Source of the DNA: a virus
Length of the DNA: 36,273 nt
IMG/VR virus record: IMGVR_UViG_3300042898_000958
Reading direction: 5' to 3' (one strand)
In this document: positions 6,286 to 15,769 of the stretch, piece by piece
Position numbering within the stretch: position 1 is the stretch's first letter
How the letters are laid out: the number at the start of each line of letters is the position of its first letter
Notes under the pieces: generated by a model
The model's database searches: none
What the model saw: only the letters and a program-made list of their open reading frames with translations
What the model was told of the DNA's origin: nothing
Position numbers and translations under genes: made by a program

Positions 6286-6686
6286 TGTTTTTTGTCTATT
6301 AAAACGTCTTGTATGATAGCTTTTAAATCTTGTGAAGCCATGTTATTTACTCTGTGAAGTATTTGCTTATTAAAGTCATTAGCGTGCTTCATTTGCTCTT
6401 TTATTAGTGCCGTATCTCCCATGTATGTTGCTTTAAATATTGCAAAATCTTTTTCTAAAGAGGTCGTTTTTTCAATCTGTTTCACTAATGGTTCAAAGCC
6501 TTTCTCTATCTTTTTTTCTATTCTGTTTTCGAGTTCAAGTTGAGCATGCCTAAACTCTTTCTTTGTTAGAAAAGTATTGATTAAATAAAACTTGTGCAAT
6601 GCCCAAATGATAGCAATCATTGAAGCTAATGCTCCAATTATTTTCCAAATTAAATCAAAAAGATTTGAGTATTCAGCGATTGTCAT
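6282..6686 (-). CDS. Type-II membrane protein with coiled coil (holin/antiholin or i-spanin-like)
   Basis: N-terminal TMD LIWKIIGALASMIAIIWAL, then a charged helical region. It is the first gene of the lysis cluster. Confidence 0.4.
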   Translation of the reverse strand: MTIAEYSNLFDLIWKIIGALASMIAIIWALHKFYLINTFLTKKEFRHAQLELENRIEKKIEKGFEPLVKQIEKTTSLEKDFAIFKATYMGDTALIKEQMKHANDFNKQILHRVNNMASQDLKAIIQDVLIDKKQ

Positions 6687-6696
6687 TAACAGAAAA

Positions 6697-6849
6697 TTAT
6701 TCTTTTACATCTTTGTTTTTGTGTGCTTCTATTCTTTTTTGCAATTCCGCATTAATAACCTTTAGGTTGTGTTCAGCTTGTTGCATTATTTGCGATTGCT
6801 CCGATTGTATAGATAAGATTTCGATTGTTGAAAGTTGTGTTAAGTCCAT
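6697..6849 (-). CDS. Small coiled-coil ORF, 50 aa (below track cutoff)
   Basis: MDLTQLSTIEILSIQSEQSQIMQQAEHNLKVINAELQKRIEAHKNKDVKE. Its ATG shares one base with the upstream TAA (TAATG), and it ends 10 nt before the next ATG. Confidence 0.45.
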   Translation of the reverse strand: MDLTQLSTIEILSIQSEQSQIMQQAEHNLKVINAELQKRIEAHKNKDVKE

Positions 6850-7094
6850 TATGCTTTTTCTAAATTTAAGTGTGATAAAATAATTGCTTCAATTATACGG
6901 TTGTCCGCTCCCCATGCTTCAAATTCTTCTTCTGTTAGGTTATAATTACCTTCTGCTATTTTGTTACCTTCGGCTGTATTTAATGTCCAATAAGTACCAG
7001 TAGTTTTTGCATCTGTTGTAAATCCATGGACTGTTACTTGTAACTGTTCGGCTGTACCTAGTACACCTAAACTTGTTGGTTTGATTGTTATCAT
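6849..7094 (-). CDS. Hypothetical protein downstream of the fibre genes
   Basis: 81-aa ORF with an ATG start. Confidence 0.5.
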   Translation of the reverse strand: MITIKPTSLGVLGTAEQLQVTVHGFTTDAKTTGTYWTLNTAEGNKIAEGNYNLTEEEFEAWGADNRIIEAIILSHLNLEKA

Positions 7095-7106
7095 GTGTTA
7101 TTTTTT

Positions 7107-7955
7107 TTAAATTATTGTGATACCATAAAATTGTCCTTGGTTACGCTCAAGTGTTTGGCGGTTAATAGTGGAGATAACAGAGGGCAAAGCTATGATTTCT
7201 GCAATATATCCATGATGGTTATTTCCTCCCCAAGAATGTTCTGCGCCAATGCTTTGTCTGGTTTGAAAGTCGCCTGCATACCTTCCTGCTAGTGCAGCAG
7301 AAAAGACCCCGTTGGTATACAGTTGCACTAGCCCAGTTGGCGGATTGTTGCTAATCACTTCAAGAAGGCTGTAATCATTACCTATAGTAATGCCAGAATT
7401 TAGCTGCCCACTGGCATAACTTCCCCATTGTGTATTGAAGGCTCCTATTGAATACATAATGTTGTCTACCCGTGTATTAGATGGTGTTGCAGTAAACACA
7501 GTTGCCGCAACTCTGCTAGGGAGAAGCCCAAGGCTGTTAACTACTGCAGTAACAATGCTTTCACCAGCAAGATTTAATGTATGCGTAAAGTAATCATCAT
7601 CACCATCAAAATACAGTGTTGGCTTGCCTTGATGTGTCTCTATCGCACCATTGTTAACAATTTGCGGCTGCAAGCTTGCCGTTGTCTGTGTGGCATTTCT
7701 TCCATTACCACTTTGGTCATACCAAGTGGTGACAAAGCCGTTACCAGTTCCTACAAATGCTAGCAATGCAGCCGTGTTAAGTTCACCACTTGCTGTAAAG
7801 CCAATATCCTGAGTAGCACCGTCACTACTTCTTCTTACATTAATAGCTGCCCCTGAGTAAGCATTACGAAGTTTTCGTAAGCTATACGCAGCAGCACTAT
7901 TTAATCCGTCAAGTATTAATCCCGATGATGAAAAAAAGAAAGCGTTACCGAACAT
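7107..7955 (-). CDS. Receptor-binding/tail-fibre protein (AbfB-like sugar-binding N-domain plus LamG-like domain)
   Basis: AYSLRKLRNAYSGAAINVRRSSDGATQDIGF...WYDQSGNGRNATQ is a motif I recognise from carbohydrate-binding fibre proteins. It is followed by YFDGDDDYF, a jelly-roll-type segment. Confidence 0.55.
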   Translation of the reverse strand: MFGNAFFFSSSGLILDGLNSAAAYSLRKLRNAYSGAAINVRRSSDGATQDIGFTASGELNTAALLAFVGTGNGFVTTWYDQSGNGRNATQTTASLQPQIVNNGAIETHQGKPTLYFDGDDDYFTHTLNLAGESIVTAVVNSLGLLPSRVAATVFTATPSNTRVDNIMYSIGAFNTQWGSYASGQLNSGITIGNDYSLLEVISNNPPTGLVQLYTNGVFSAALAGRYAGDFQTRQSIGAEHSWGGNNHHGYIAEIIALPSVISTINRQTLERNQGQFYGITII

Positions 7956-7958
7956 ATT

Positions 7959-9278
7959 TTATGCATAATTTCGTGACACAGATATTAAAAATTGACTCCC
8001 ATCCCATAATACCGCAATAAGGTCTTTTTGATTTGCAGTTCCAACGTAAACATTTCCACCTCCATTAGCTTGAATTGTTCCTGTTGGAAAAATTAAATTT
8101 CTAGGAGTTGCACCATTAGTTACTTCTATTAATGGTACACTTGCGTTTTGAGCATTCAATAATGTAAGAGTTACGTTGCCAGTTGCCGAACTTAATACAA
8201 GGTCAACTATACTTCCGTTATTCCAATCAATTGTTTGCGTTGTTCCAGTAGGTGTTAGTGTTTGTTTTGTTGTGCTTATTTGTGAAGCTGTAACAACTCC
8301 AGTAATTCTTGCACTACCATTTACCTGTAATCTATCTACTCCGTTATTGGTTGTTGTGTTAATTAAAATAAACCCATCTGCGGTTATTCTAATTCTTTCA
8401 GATGAATTAGTTTCAAATCTTAAAGGTGTACTTCCTAAAGTTGCTATTGTTGATTCTATAGAATTTGAAGATATATTAAACCGTCTTTCAAAGCCAGTTC
8501 CTAAATCAATTTGCGCTCCACGTCCTGCTGCTCCGCCTGCGTTTATTGCAAAAGCAGCGTTGCCTGATGCGCTGCTCATTCCCATAGTTAAATCGTTTGC
8601 ACGACTAAATACATCTGGGGTTGTGCTTATGCCTATATTTCCATTTTCTGTGACTAAAAAACGGTCAATATTATTTGTAATGATTCTATAACTGTGATTG
8701 CTTAATGTTCCACAAAACATACCTATATTAGGAACATTTGATACACGTAAAATAGCATCTACGCCAATTTGGGTTTTAATTCTTAAATTAGTAAAAGCGT
8801 TTGAATCGTTATTAGTATTTTCAAGTAAAAACGATAATCCTGCTGATTGGCTTTCAACAACAGTTTTACTAATAAACCCGCTTGGGTTGCTGTTAGGGTA
8901 GTAAACTGTTGAATCAATACTTCCATCTGCTTTTAAAAACTGACTTGCAGTGCCGCCTGATTTTATTAGTTGGTTTGCTGTTATTGTGTTTGTTCCTAAA
9001 TTTACATTTGCAGTTGCACCTGTATATGGTACTAAACCTGCTATACTTGGAATACTTGGGAATGTTGCTAAGCTACCATCACCACGTACAAATTGACTTG
9101 ATGTTCCACTAAACAATAAATAAGGCAACGAATTAAAAGCCGTAGTCCCATTGCCTAATTTCATCTTTCCTGTATCTCGCTCAATCACTAACTGTTTATC
9201 CAATAATATTGGATTTTCAGTAGCTAACTGCGCAGCAGTACGTGCAAATTGCCTTAGAGGTATATTTAATTCGCTCAT
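7959..9278 (-). CDS. Tail fibre protein
   Basis: The N-terminal ERDTGKMKLGNGTTAFNSLPYL is the common tail-fibre N-terminal motif (DTGK.K.GDG...LPY). The body is Gly/Ser/Thr/Asn-rich and repetitive. Confidence 0.65.
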   Translation of the reverse strand: MSELNIPLRQFARTAAQLATENPILLDKQLVIERDTGKMKLGNGTTAFNSLPYLLFSGTSSQFVRGDGSLATFPSIPSIAGLVPYTGATANVNLGTNTITANQLIKSGGTASQFLKADGSIDSTVYYPNSNPSGFISKTVVESQSAGLSFLLENTNNDSNAFTNLRIKTQIGVDAILRVSNVPNIGMFCGTLSNHSYRIITNNIDRFLVTENGNIGISTTPDVFSRANDLTMGMSSASGNAAFAINAGGAAGRGAQIDLGTGFERRFNISSNSIESTIATLGSTPLRFETNSSERIRITADGFILINTTTNNGVDRLQVNGSARITGVVTASQISTTKQTLTPTGTTQTIDWNNGSIVDLVLSSATGNVTLTLLNAQNASVPLIEVTNGATPRNLIFPTGTIQANGGGNVYVGTANQKDLIAVLWDGSQFLISVSRNYA

Positions 9279-9964
9279 GTTGTCTCTCCGTTTAAAATTC
9301 CGTAAATACTGTTTGGTGTTATCGTTCCTGTATCTATTGATGTGAATAGATAACGCTCTACTTTTATTGTGTTACCTACAACACTTGTAGGCTGTATTCT
9401 TACATTATCTTGGTTTACTAACTCAATGTTTTCAGTTATCCCACTTGCAACCGAAATAAATGTTAAACCGTTTAAAGTTATGTTAGCTTTAGGACAAGTT
9501 GCAACAGGTGGGAATGGAATATCATTTGTAGGTATTTGGCATCTGTTACGGTCTTGCATGAAGCTAAAATCTAGCCTCATCTCCCATCCATTTACTAAGT
9601 CTGTATACGCCTCTCTTATTGGTGTTAAACTTGATGCATATTGAATGATAAAAAAATCTTGATATGCAGGGTCGCTCATTGCAGCGTATACGTCTTGCCC
9701 TATGCTTAACATATCGCTAAGGTTTTCTATTTCATTTTCTCTATCGGGTTGCTGTATATCAACAACCTTCATTAAGATAGAAACAGTCATCACCGTTCCT
9801 TCGATATTACTATCAGTAACGTCTATCCATAACAACGGATAGTTTTCTTGCTCGCTTGCTGCAATCTCAGCATCACGTCCAAAATTAAACCCTTTTATCT
9901 GAGCGTGGTTTTGGCTTACGTACCTGAACTGGTTTATTAAACTGTTGAGAGTGTAAAATTGCAT
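9275..9964 (-). CDS. Virion-module protein (neck/tail-proximal?)
   Basis: 229-aa ORF between the adaptor-like gene and the fibre gene. The function is not recognised. Confidence 0.5.
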   Translation of the reverse strand: MQFYTLNSLINQFRYVSQNHAQIKGFNFGRDAEIAASEQENYPLLWIDVTDSNIEGTVMTVSILMKVVDIQQPDRENEIENLSDMLSIGQDVYAAMSDPAYQDFFIIQYASSLTPIREAYTDLVNGWEMRLDFSFMQDRNRCQIPTNDIPFPPVATCPKANITLNGLTFISVASGITENIELVNQDNVRIQPTSVVGNTIKVERYLFTSIDTGTITPNSIYGILNGETT

Positions 9965-10019
9965 TATCTTTTTTTAGATAGTTTTGTAATTTTTCTATAT
10001 TTTTTTTCGATACATTCAT

Positions 10020-10613
10020 TTAGCACCATTTGCAACTTTGAAACTTACCTCTGTCTATTCTTAGACCTTTAAAGTTATGTTCACCCATACAACAATCATC
10101 ATCTCCTAAACTTAAACCACTTGTGTAGTTTGTACGCTTAGCAAAAATAGTGTCTATTTGAGCATTAGGTTGGTTGAGATACAACGGATATTTATTTGGA
10201 TTTGATAGTAAAAATTTTGTCAATCTCTCAGCATACCATTCCGCTTTATTCTTTGCTCTATTTAACACGTATTGCAACTCGTCCATGCTAACAGGGTTCA
10301 TGTTTTCAGCAGTCATTACCCCTACTGACTTATTAAAATACTTGTAAGTTAAGTCCATTGGCAATTCAAATTTGCAATACCAAATCATGCACCGAGTAAT
10401 GTAATCGTCTAACAATGTACGATAGTCATTCGTGAGTGAATTTGTCCTTACTTGCTTTAATAACTCGTTGTATAAAGACGTACCTAAAATGGGTAATATA
10501 TACTCTTCCTGCACGTCTAATATTGCAGGAGAGACAACCTTCATGTCTACATTTTCTTGTAGTATGCTGCGTTGCTTTAATGTTGCTTCGCTTAGTAATA
10601 TTACTTGTGCCAT
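10020..10613 (-). CDS. Possible head-tail adaptor
   Basis: It lies directly after the portal gene. The N-terminal I...I..VQEEYILPILGTSLY resembles gp6-type connector proteins. Assignment is weak. Confidence 0.4.
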   Translation of the reverse strand: MAQVILLSEATLKQRSILQENVDMKVVSPAILDVQEEYILPILGTSLYNELLKQVRTNSLTNDYRTLLDDYITRCMIWYCKFELPMDLTYKYFNKSVGVMTAENMNPVSMDELQYVLNRAKNKAEWYAERLTKFLLSNPNKYPLYLNQPNAQIDTIFAKRTNYTSGLSLGDDDCCMGEHNFKGLRIDRGKFQSCKWC

Positions 10614-10614
10614 G

Positions 10615-12579
10615 TTATTTACGTTTAACTAATTCCGCGTTCCAAATATGCCTACAATAAGGCACGTTTACATTCATGTTAGGGTCGTGATACCATCCAC
10701 CTCTACGACTAAATGCATCATAATTTGGGATACCATACACCTGCCCTAGCTCGTCACCTATTTTGTCAATCTCTTCACGTGTAAAGTAACGTTGGTTATC
10801 CATCATAGCTTGACAAAAATCTCTACTCTCACCAATTAAAGCAGGTGCATCTGGTCGCAATCCATAGCGGTAACGAATAAACAAATCTTTAAACGTTGGA
10901 ACTTTTGCATCCTCACCTTTTGCCGTTGCAATCTGTCCGCCTTTCCCTACTTCTACTAATCCATCGGCTGCTAATGTTTCTAATGCATTACTTACAGCCG
11001 TTTTATCTATCTTTAAAACTTTGCCTATTGATTCAACTGTTATGTTAGGTGTCTTTTTAATCAAATCTAAAACGCCCTGCTCTACTTTATCAAGTGCAAA
11101 ATCTTGTTTGCCAAACACAAATTTTTTATGTTTAACCAACTCAAACTTTTCAACTGGCTCACCATACTTTAAAAACACTTCAATGTCTAGGCTGTCATCT
11201 GATTGGCTGTTAAAGTGCGAACACTTGCTAAATGCTGCTCCCGTTGCGGAATCTGTTGCTACTATATCACCGCCCTCAACAGGTGGTCTATTAATTATTG
11301 CACGAACTTCATTTTTCGTCAAGTTATTTAACACCTTAGTAGCAACCAATGGGCTTAATGCGTTTAAGTCATCTACTACGCTTGAAATTTGCGCCTTAGT
11401 ATCTAATGGCTCACGTCCTACTATCTCCCTCATCTCATCTTTAGTTAAGATACTCATTAAAGTAGCTTCACCAAATGAAGGCATGATAGGCTCAACAGGT
11501 ATAATACTTAATCTACCTTTAACTGGTGCGAATAAGTTGTATATCTTTTCTTGTACTTTTTGACGTGGTGTAACGTATGTATTTTGAAACAAATTAAACG
11601 CATCAACCATTTCGTTTCTGCCACCTAATTGCCCCTCTACACGAACACCAAATAACATAGGTGAAGTTATTTTATGCCCTACAAATATCTCTTGCTGTAT
11701 CGTCTCATTTAATGCGTTGTATTTGTCCGCAAAATCTCCAGCCCCTAAATCTAAGATCTCTGGTACACGTGTAACATCATCCACAAAATCAATTAAGAAT
11801 ACACCAGCTTTATCTGTTGGTGCAAACTTAGCTTTCATTTTATTTTCTACACTCTTAATCTCGTCATCATTTGGAACTCCATTTTTGAAAACAATCATTT
11901 TAGATCCTTTAAATCCGTTTTGGATTTCGGCTCGGTGAAAGTTAGCTATTTCAGCATCTGTTATAATTGAAGGAACTGCCCCAATATAATCAGGTAAAGT
12001 GTATACGTCTAAATTCGGACGATATGTTTTGTAGTAAAATAGTGATTCTTTTGCTTTGGTTTCAGGTTCCCATGCTGGATAAGTGTAATCTATTTTAGGT
12101 CTTGAATTTTCGCTGCCATCCTCATTTATCCAATCATCACTAATATAAAAATTAGTATTATCTTCGTTTGAACGAACCTTGCAATAATCTATGTGGGATA
12201 TGTAATTCTTTTTCTTGTCCTTAGACTTTGTTACCTTTAAATAACAACCATTAAACAGCTCCACGTCTAATGTAGTCTTTGCCAATAAATCGTCAAGAGT
12301 TTCATATGGGTTAGGACTATCAACGTATGTTTTTAATAACGCTTGCTCTTCGCCTTCCATGCCGTTGGCGTTAAACGTAAAGCCTTGCCCTTTAATGTAC
12401 AACTGTTTATTGGTTATAATAGCGTTATGTTTTGCGCTTCGATTAAACAATAAAACGAGGTACTGGGGATAGTCATTTGTTTCACCGTACTTAACCCAAT
12501 CTTCACCTCTTACCTCGACAAATGTAGGTACTTTATCGTTTGAGAATTTTACGTTTATTAGCGTGTTATTGTAAGCCAT
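10615..12579 (-). CDS. Portal protein fused to a winged-helix segment and a MuF/SPP1-gp7-like C-terminal domain
   Basis: The N-terminal WVKYGETNDYPQYL...SAKHNAIITNKQLYIKGQG is portal-like. Residues ~503-544 (VLDLIKKTPNITVESIGKVLKIDKTAVSNALETLAADGLVEV) are MarR-type wHTH-like. The C-terminus (FCQAMM...YFTREEI...RRGGWYH...PYCRHIW) is MuF-like. Confidence 0.65.
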   Translation of the reverse strand: MAYNNTLINVKFSNDKVPTFVEVRGEDWVKYGETNDYPQYLVLLFNRSAKHNAIITNKQLYIKGQGFTFNANGMEGEEQALLKTYVDSPNPYETLDDLLAKTTLDVELFNGCYLKVTKSKDKKKNYISHIDYCKVRSNEDNTNFYISDDWINEDGSENSRPKIDYTYPAWEPETKAKESLFYYKTYRPNLDVYTLPDYIGAVPSIITDAEIANFHRAEIQNGFKGSKMIVFKNGVPNDDEIKSVENKMKAKFAPTDKAGVFLIDFVDDVTRVPEILDLGAGDFADKYNALNETIQQEIFVGHKITSPMLFGVRVEGQLGGRNEMVDAFNLFQNTYVTPRQKVQEKIYNLFAPVKGRLSIIPVEPIMPSFGEATLMSILTKDEMREIVGREPLDTKAQISSVVDDLNALSPLVATKVLNNLTKNEVRAIINRPPVEGGDIVATDSATGAAFSKCSHFNSQSDDSLDIEVFLKYGEPVEKFELVKHKKFVFGKQDFALDKVEQGVLDLIKKTPNITVESIGKVLKIDKTAVSNALETLAADGLVEVGKGGQIATAKGEDAKVPTFKDLFIRYRYGLRPDAPALIGESRDFCQAMMDNQRYFTREEIDKIGDELGQVYGIPNYDAFSRRGGWYHDPNMNVNVPYCRHIWNAELVKRK

Positions 12580-12994
12580 CGTATTGGTAAACTATGTTTG
12601 TATTTGATTCAGGTGAATAAGTGATATTCGCTATTGGGTTAAACTCAACAAAACACAATCCAACTTCAACTGTTTTAACTATGTTTGGTACTGCTTCGCT
12701 TGCCTCTGTTAATCCATCTAAGTTAAGTAAGTCAGTTTGGTATACTGTGTAGTTATAATAACCTGCAGCCTCTAAATCCAACTCACCGTTTAATGTATCG
12801 GGTTCAGGTTTTTCTATTAACTTAAACCTGTTGTAACGTGTTACATTTGTCGATGTATCTGTTGATATAAAATAGTACTTAATATTACTCTGTTGGTTAA
12901 CTAATTCAAATAAATAAATAGGATTTGTAACTGTGCTGTTCTCATAAAGAGTAACTACAATCATATTTTCACTATCCTTTACTATGCGAATCAT
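12566..12994 (-). CDS. Virion-module protein, unknown
   Basis: 142-aa ORF preceded by the late motif TTATATTATAAGATATG. Confidence 0.5.
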   Translation of the reverse strand: MIRIVKDSENMIVVTLYENSTVTNPIYLFELVNQQSNIKYYFISTDTSTNVTRYNRFKLIEKPEPDTLNGELDLEAAGYYNYTVYQTDLLNLDGLTEASEAVPNIVKTVEVGLCFVEFNPIANITYSPESNTNIVYQYDGLQ

Positions 12995-12997
12995 ATC

Positions 12998-13007
12998 TTA
13001 TAATATA
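12998..13007 (-). promoter_or_regulatory. Late start-proximal motif (sense TATATTATAA)
   Basis: ttataatata lies 3 nt upstream of the ATG at 12994. Identical 10-mers are at 15142-15151 and 22734-22743. Confidence 0.35.
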
Positions 13008-13024
13008 AAAAATTACAAATATTG

Positions 13025-13062
13025 CTAAACAAAAATAGCCCCCCATTACTGAGAGGCTATTT
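13025..13062 (-). terminator. Rho-independent terminator
   Basis: In sense orientation: AAATAGCCTCTC-AGTAAT-GGGGGGCTATTT, a 12-bp stem with two G:U pairs that form only on the sense strand, followed by TTGTTT. Confidence 0.75.
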
Positions 13063-13081
13063 AACTAATTTTAAAAACTTA

Positions 13082-13603
13082 TTATGAAGCTGTAATTGCT
13101 GCTATAAGTGTAGGATTAACCTCTTGTGGCAATGTTTTTTCCATACCACTAAATGTTAAGTTGTAACCGTTAAACTCATTCATTGCTGCACCTGTTGCAG
13201 CCGTTCCACCATTAACTTCCATTCCGTTTTCTTTTCCGTAGTAGAAAAACTGACCTGTTTTCATCTCAACTAAAATGTCCGTTCTATTGGCTATGATAGT
13301 TTGAAGTTTATTCGAGGTTTCGTATTTCATTTTTAAGAACGATACTGATAATGTTTGCTCGTATGCTACTGTTCCAACTGCTGGATCTGAATTGATATTC
13401 GATGTTGCGCTATTAGCACCTCTTGGTTCTAATTCGTATTTAAAGAATTTATTAGTACCCACCATTGTAATACCAGTAACATATCCGCTTGCATTTTCAG
13501 CAACCGATGAAACAGAACTTGATGGTGCGATGTAAATGTTTTTTATTCCACCTACTGCATCTTTGCAGTCAAGTGCGTAACCTGCTAATATTGCACACGG
13601 CAT
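13082..13603 (-). CDS. Abundant virion protein, probably the major tail (tube) protein
   Basis: N-terminal LDCKDAVGGIKNIYIA and C-terminal NGGTAATGAAMNEFNGYNLTF resemble tail-tube proteins of Bacteroidota siphophages as I recall them. A strong terminator lies directly downstream. Confidence 0.4.
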   Translation of the reverse strand: MPCAILAGYALDCKDAVGGIKNIYIAPSSSVSSVAENASGYVTGITMVGTNKFFKYELEPRGANSATSNINSDPAVGTVAYEQTLSVSFLKMKYETSNKLQTIIANRTDILVEMKTGQFFYYGKENGMEVNGGTAATGAAMNEFNGYNLTFSGMEKTLPQEVNPTLIAAITAS

Positions 13604-13615
13604 AGTCTTTATTTA

Positions 13616-14560
13616 TTAGATTGTGAACTTAACGATCTCAGTAAGTTGTGAAACTTGAACACCGTATTTAAACTCAGACTTGAAACGTACAACATCATTG
13701 TCTTGAGAATACCAGAAGGTAAATGACTCTTCTTCATTTTCCAAGTCAACACCTAAATACAAGTTGCTGTCTCTTGATGCGTATATAGCGTTTGATCCAA
13801 TTAAACCTGGCGTTGAGATTACAGTAACATTTGTTCCGTGTATTTTCATCTCTCCTAAACCGTTTTCGGTTGGAATGAAGTGAAACAAGTTAGCGTTAAT
13901 CAAAGCCATTTGATACAACCTAAACAAGTCAGTACCGATTGAAACTTTAAGGTCTGGCTTGTCTAAAATTTGCACAGGTATAGCGTTGTAAACACCTTGC
14001 ATAACAGCTATAATGTTTGCTGCTGTAAATGCTGTTACTGTTGCAATACCTGTAAATGCAGATGCATTCGCCTGTATTGTTCCAGATGCTGCGTTGATTA
14101 TCTTTACCAATCCATCATATTTGTTCAAGTTAGGGTCGCCAGAAGCAGTATCGCCTTGCCAAATACCTTTTTCGTTAGCTTCACCCATTGTTCCAATAAT
14201 GGTCTCAACAAACGCTTGGTCTATCTTACCGGGAAGAGCTTGATAGTTAGAACCCGGTGAAAGCAACAGTTGCGTGTACTTAGTTTCAAGTGCTTTCACG
14301 CACCACTCTTTGTTTACTTTGATACGTCCTACTGTCAATACACGTGCTGAAATTGTAGTGTCACCACTTGCAGAAAAACCACAAGTAGAACCATCTTGGT
14401 AAAATAACGTGTCGCTTAATGTTGGTACTTGAATGGAAGATTTAACTCCCGTTAAAATTTGCATTCTTGAAGCTGTTTTGGACTCAAAGAATGATCGTGT
14501 GCTGAGCTGCTGCTCATTTGACTTAGTGTAGTTAATTAAACCTGTTAAATTAAATGCCAT
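13616..14560 (-). CDS. Major capsid protein (HK97 fold family)
   Basis: 314 aa, after the protease and scaffold genes. GVKSSIQVPTL...CGFSASG...IKVNKEWC...IWQGDT is a pattern typical of Bacteroidota-phage MCPs. Confidence 0.75.
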   Translation of the reverse strand: MAFNLTGLINYTKSNEQQLSTRSFFESKTASRMQILTGVKSSIQVPTLSDTLFYQDGSTCGFSASGDTTISARVLTVGRIKVNKEWCVKALETKYTQLLLSPGSNYQALPGKIDQAFVETIIGTMGEANEKGIWQGDTASGDPNLNKYDGLVKIINAASGTIQANASAFTGIATVTAFTAANIIAVMQGVYNAIPVQILDKPDLKVSIGTDLFRLYQMALINANLFHFIPTENGLGEMKIHGTNVTVISTPGLIGSNAIYASRDSNLYLGVDLENEEESFTFWYSQDNDVVRFKSEFKYGVQVSQLTEIVKFTI

Positions 14561-14574
14561 ATTTTTTTTATTTA

Positions 14575-15138
14575 TTAATTGTTAGATTTTCTCCATGCTT
14601 CTATTCGTTCAGTAGCACTTAGTTGTTTTGCTGATTTTTTGAAAGAGTCTTTTGCAGGCTCTATTGGTGTTGCTGGCTCACTTGCTATTTGCTCAACTAC
14701 TGATTTGATTTCACTAAAATAGCTTTCAGTTTCTTTTGACTTAGTTTCCAATGCTGCAAACTTTTCATCGTAGCTTGTTACTTTGTCTTTGATTGCACTG
14801 AACTCAGATTGGAACGCTTTAAACTGCTCAACAAATTCGGCAAACATTTTTTGCATCTCTGTCTCCACTTCTTCTGTTTCTAATTCGGTTTCTTTTTGTT
14901 CGATTTTAGTAACTAAACCTCCAACAGTAGTAACAATAGCCCCGTTGTCAACTTCATGCGTTCCATCTGGTGCAGGTAACATGTTACCATCTGCATCAAC
15001 TACGTTTAACGCAACACCTTCCGTTAACTCTCCGTCCCATTGAACAATAGTTCCGTCAACGAGTTTAGCGTTCTCGAACTTTTTTTCTTCGGAAAATAAA
15101 AGACTTTTAATCTTTTCAAATGCTTCTTTCTTTGTCAT
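14575..15138 (-). CDS. Scaffolding protein
   Basis: Acidic and coiled-coil-rich (ETELETEEVETEMQKMFAEFVEQFKAFQ), located between the protease and MCP genes. Confidence 0.6.
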   Translation of the reverse strand: MTKKEAFEKIKSLLFSEEKKFENAKLVDGTIVQWDGELTEGVALNVVDADGNMLPAPDGTHEVDNGAIVTTVGGLVTKIEQKETELETEEVETEMQKMFAEFVEQFKAFQSEFSAIKDKVTSYDEKFAALETKSKETESYFSEIKSVVEQIASEPATPIEPAKDSFKKSAKQLSATERIEAWRKSNN

Positions 15139-15141
15139 ATG

Positions 15142-15151
15142 TTATAATATA
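15142..15151 (-). promoter_or_regulatory. Late start-proximal motif (sense TATATTATAA)
   Basis: 3 nt upstream of the scaffold ATG. Confidence 0.35.
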
Positions 15152-15171
15152 ATTGTTTGTTTTTTTTGCTT

Positions 15172-15753
15172 TTAGTTATCAATATTTTTTACGATTGATA
15201 TAATCTGCTCAATCAAATCAAGTGGCTTGTCTTCTATTTTTACCGTGTTAAATAGCCCCTCGACACTGAACCCCTTAAACTCTCCTGTTTTTATAAAATC
15301 ATTCCAAATGTCATCATTGTCGACCTTGTATGAACCAAACCAACTGCCATCTGTAAGGTTATATCCTTTAGGTGAAAATATGCCACGTGTTGAATCAATT
15401 AAAAACGACTCAATCATGTAAACACCATCTACCATTTGAGCTGAGTCATGCATAATGTTTACGCTCTTATCCAATGACTGTTTGAAGAACTTATTTCGTA
15501 AGTTGTATATGTCTTCTTTTTGGAATACACCGTAATACTCCCCACTTGAATCACGTCTATAAATAGGCAAATCAGCAACCATTAAAGGACCGCTAATAAT
15601 TCGCTTCTCTTCAATAGCTGAAAACTTATAGTTGTTATTACTGAACGCTTGCCAGTTCATCTCAATAGCTGGCGTATCAACTAAAGCCACTGCTTCAAGT
15701 TTGCTTTCATCATCTGGCAAACACTTAAATCGGTATACAGGAATTTTATCCAT
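15172..15753 (-). CDS. Prohead protease, XkdF-like
   Basis: EAVALVDTPAIE, NIMHDS and IKTGEFKGFSVEG match the XkdF-type phage serine protease pattern. Confidence 0.7.
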   Translation of the reverse strand: MDKIPVYRFKCLPDDESKLEAVALVDTPAIEMNWQAFSNNNYKFSAIEEKRIISGPLMVADLPIYRRDSSGEYYGVFQKEDIYNLRNKFFKQSLDKSVNIMHDSAQMVDGVYMIESFLIDSTRGIFSPKGYNLTDGSWFGSYKVDNDDIWNDFIKTGEFKGFSVEGLFNTVKIEDKPLDLIEQIISIVKNIDN

Positions 15754-15769
15754 AACTTAAAATATAATT

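Noticed and set aside
8176-8691. Plus-strand ORFs (this one, 11021..11563, 25455..25982, 16365..16697 and all other + ORFs in the track)
   Set aside because: Each lies antisense inside a long, motif-supported minus-strand gene. Their sequences are low-complexity Leu/Ser/Phe-rich, as expected for shadow frames in AT-rich DNA. No plus-strand ORF occupies a region free of minus-strand coding.
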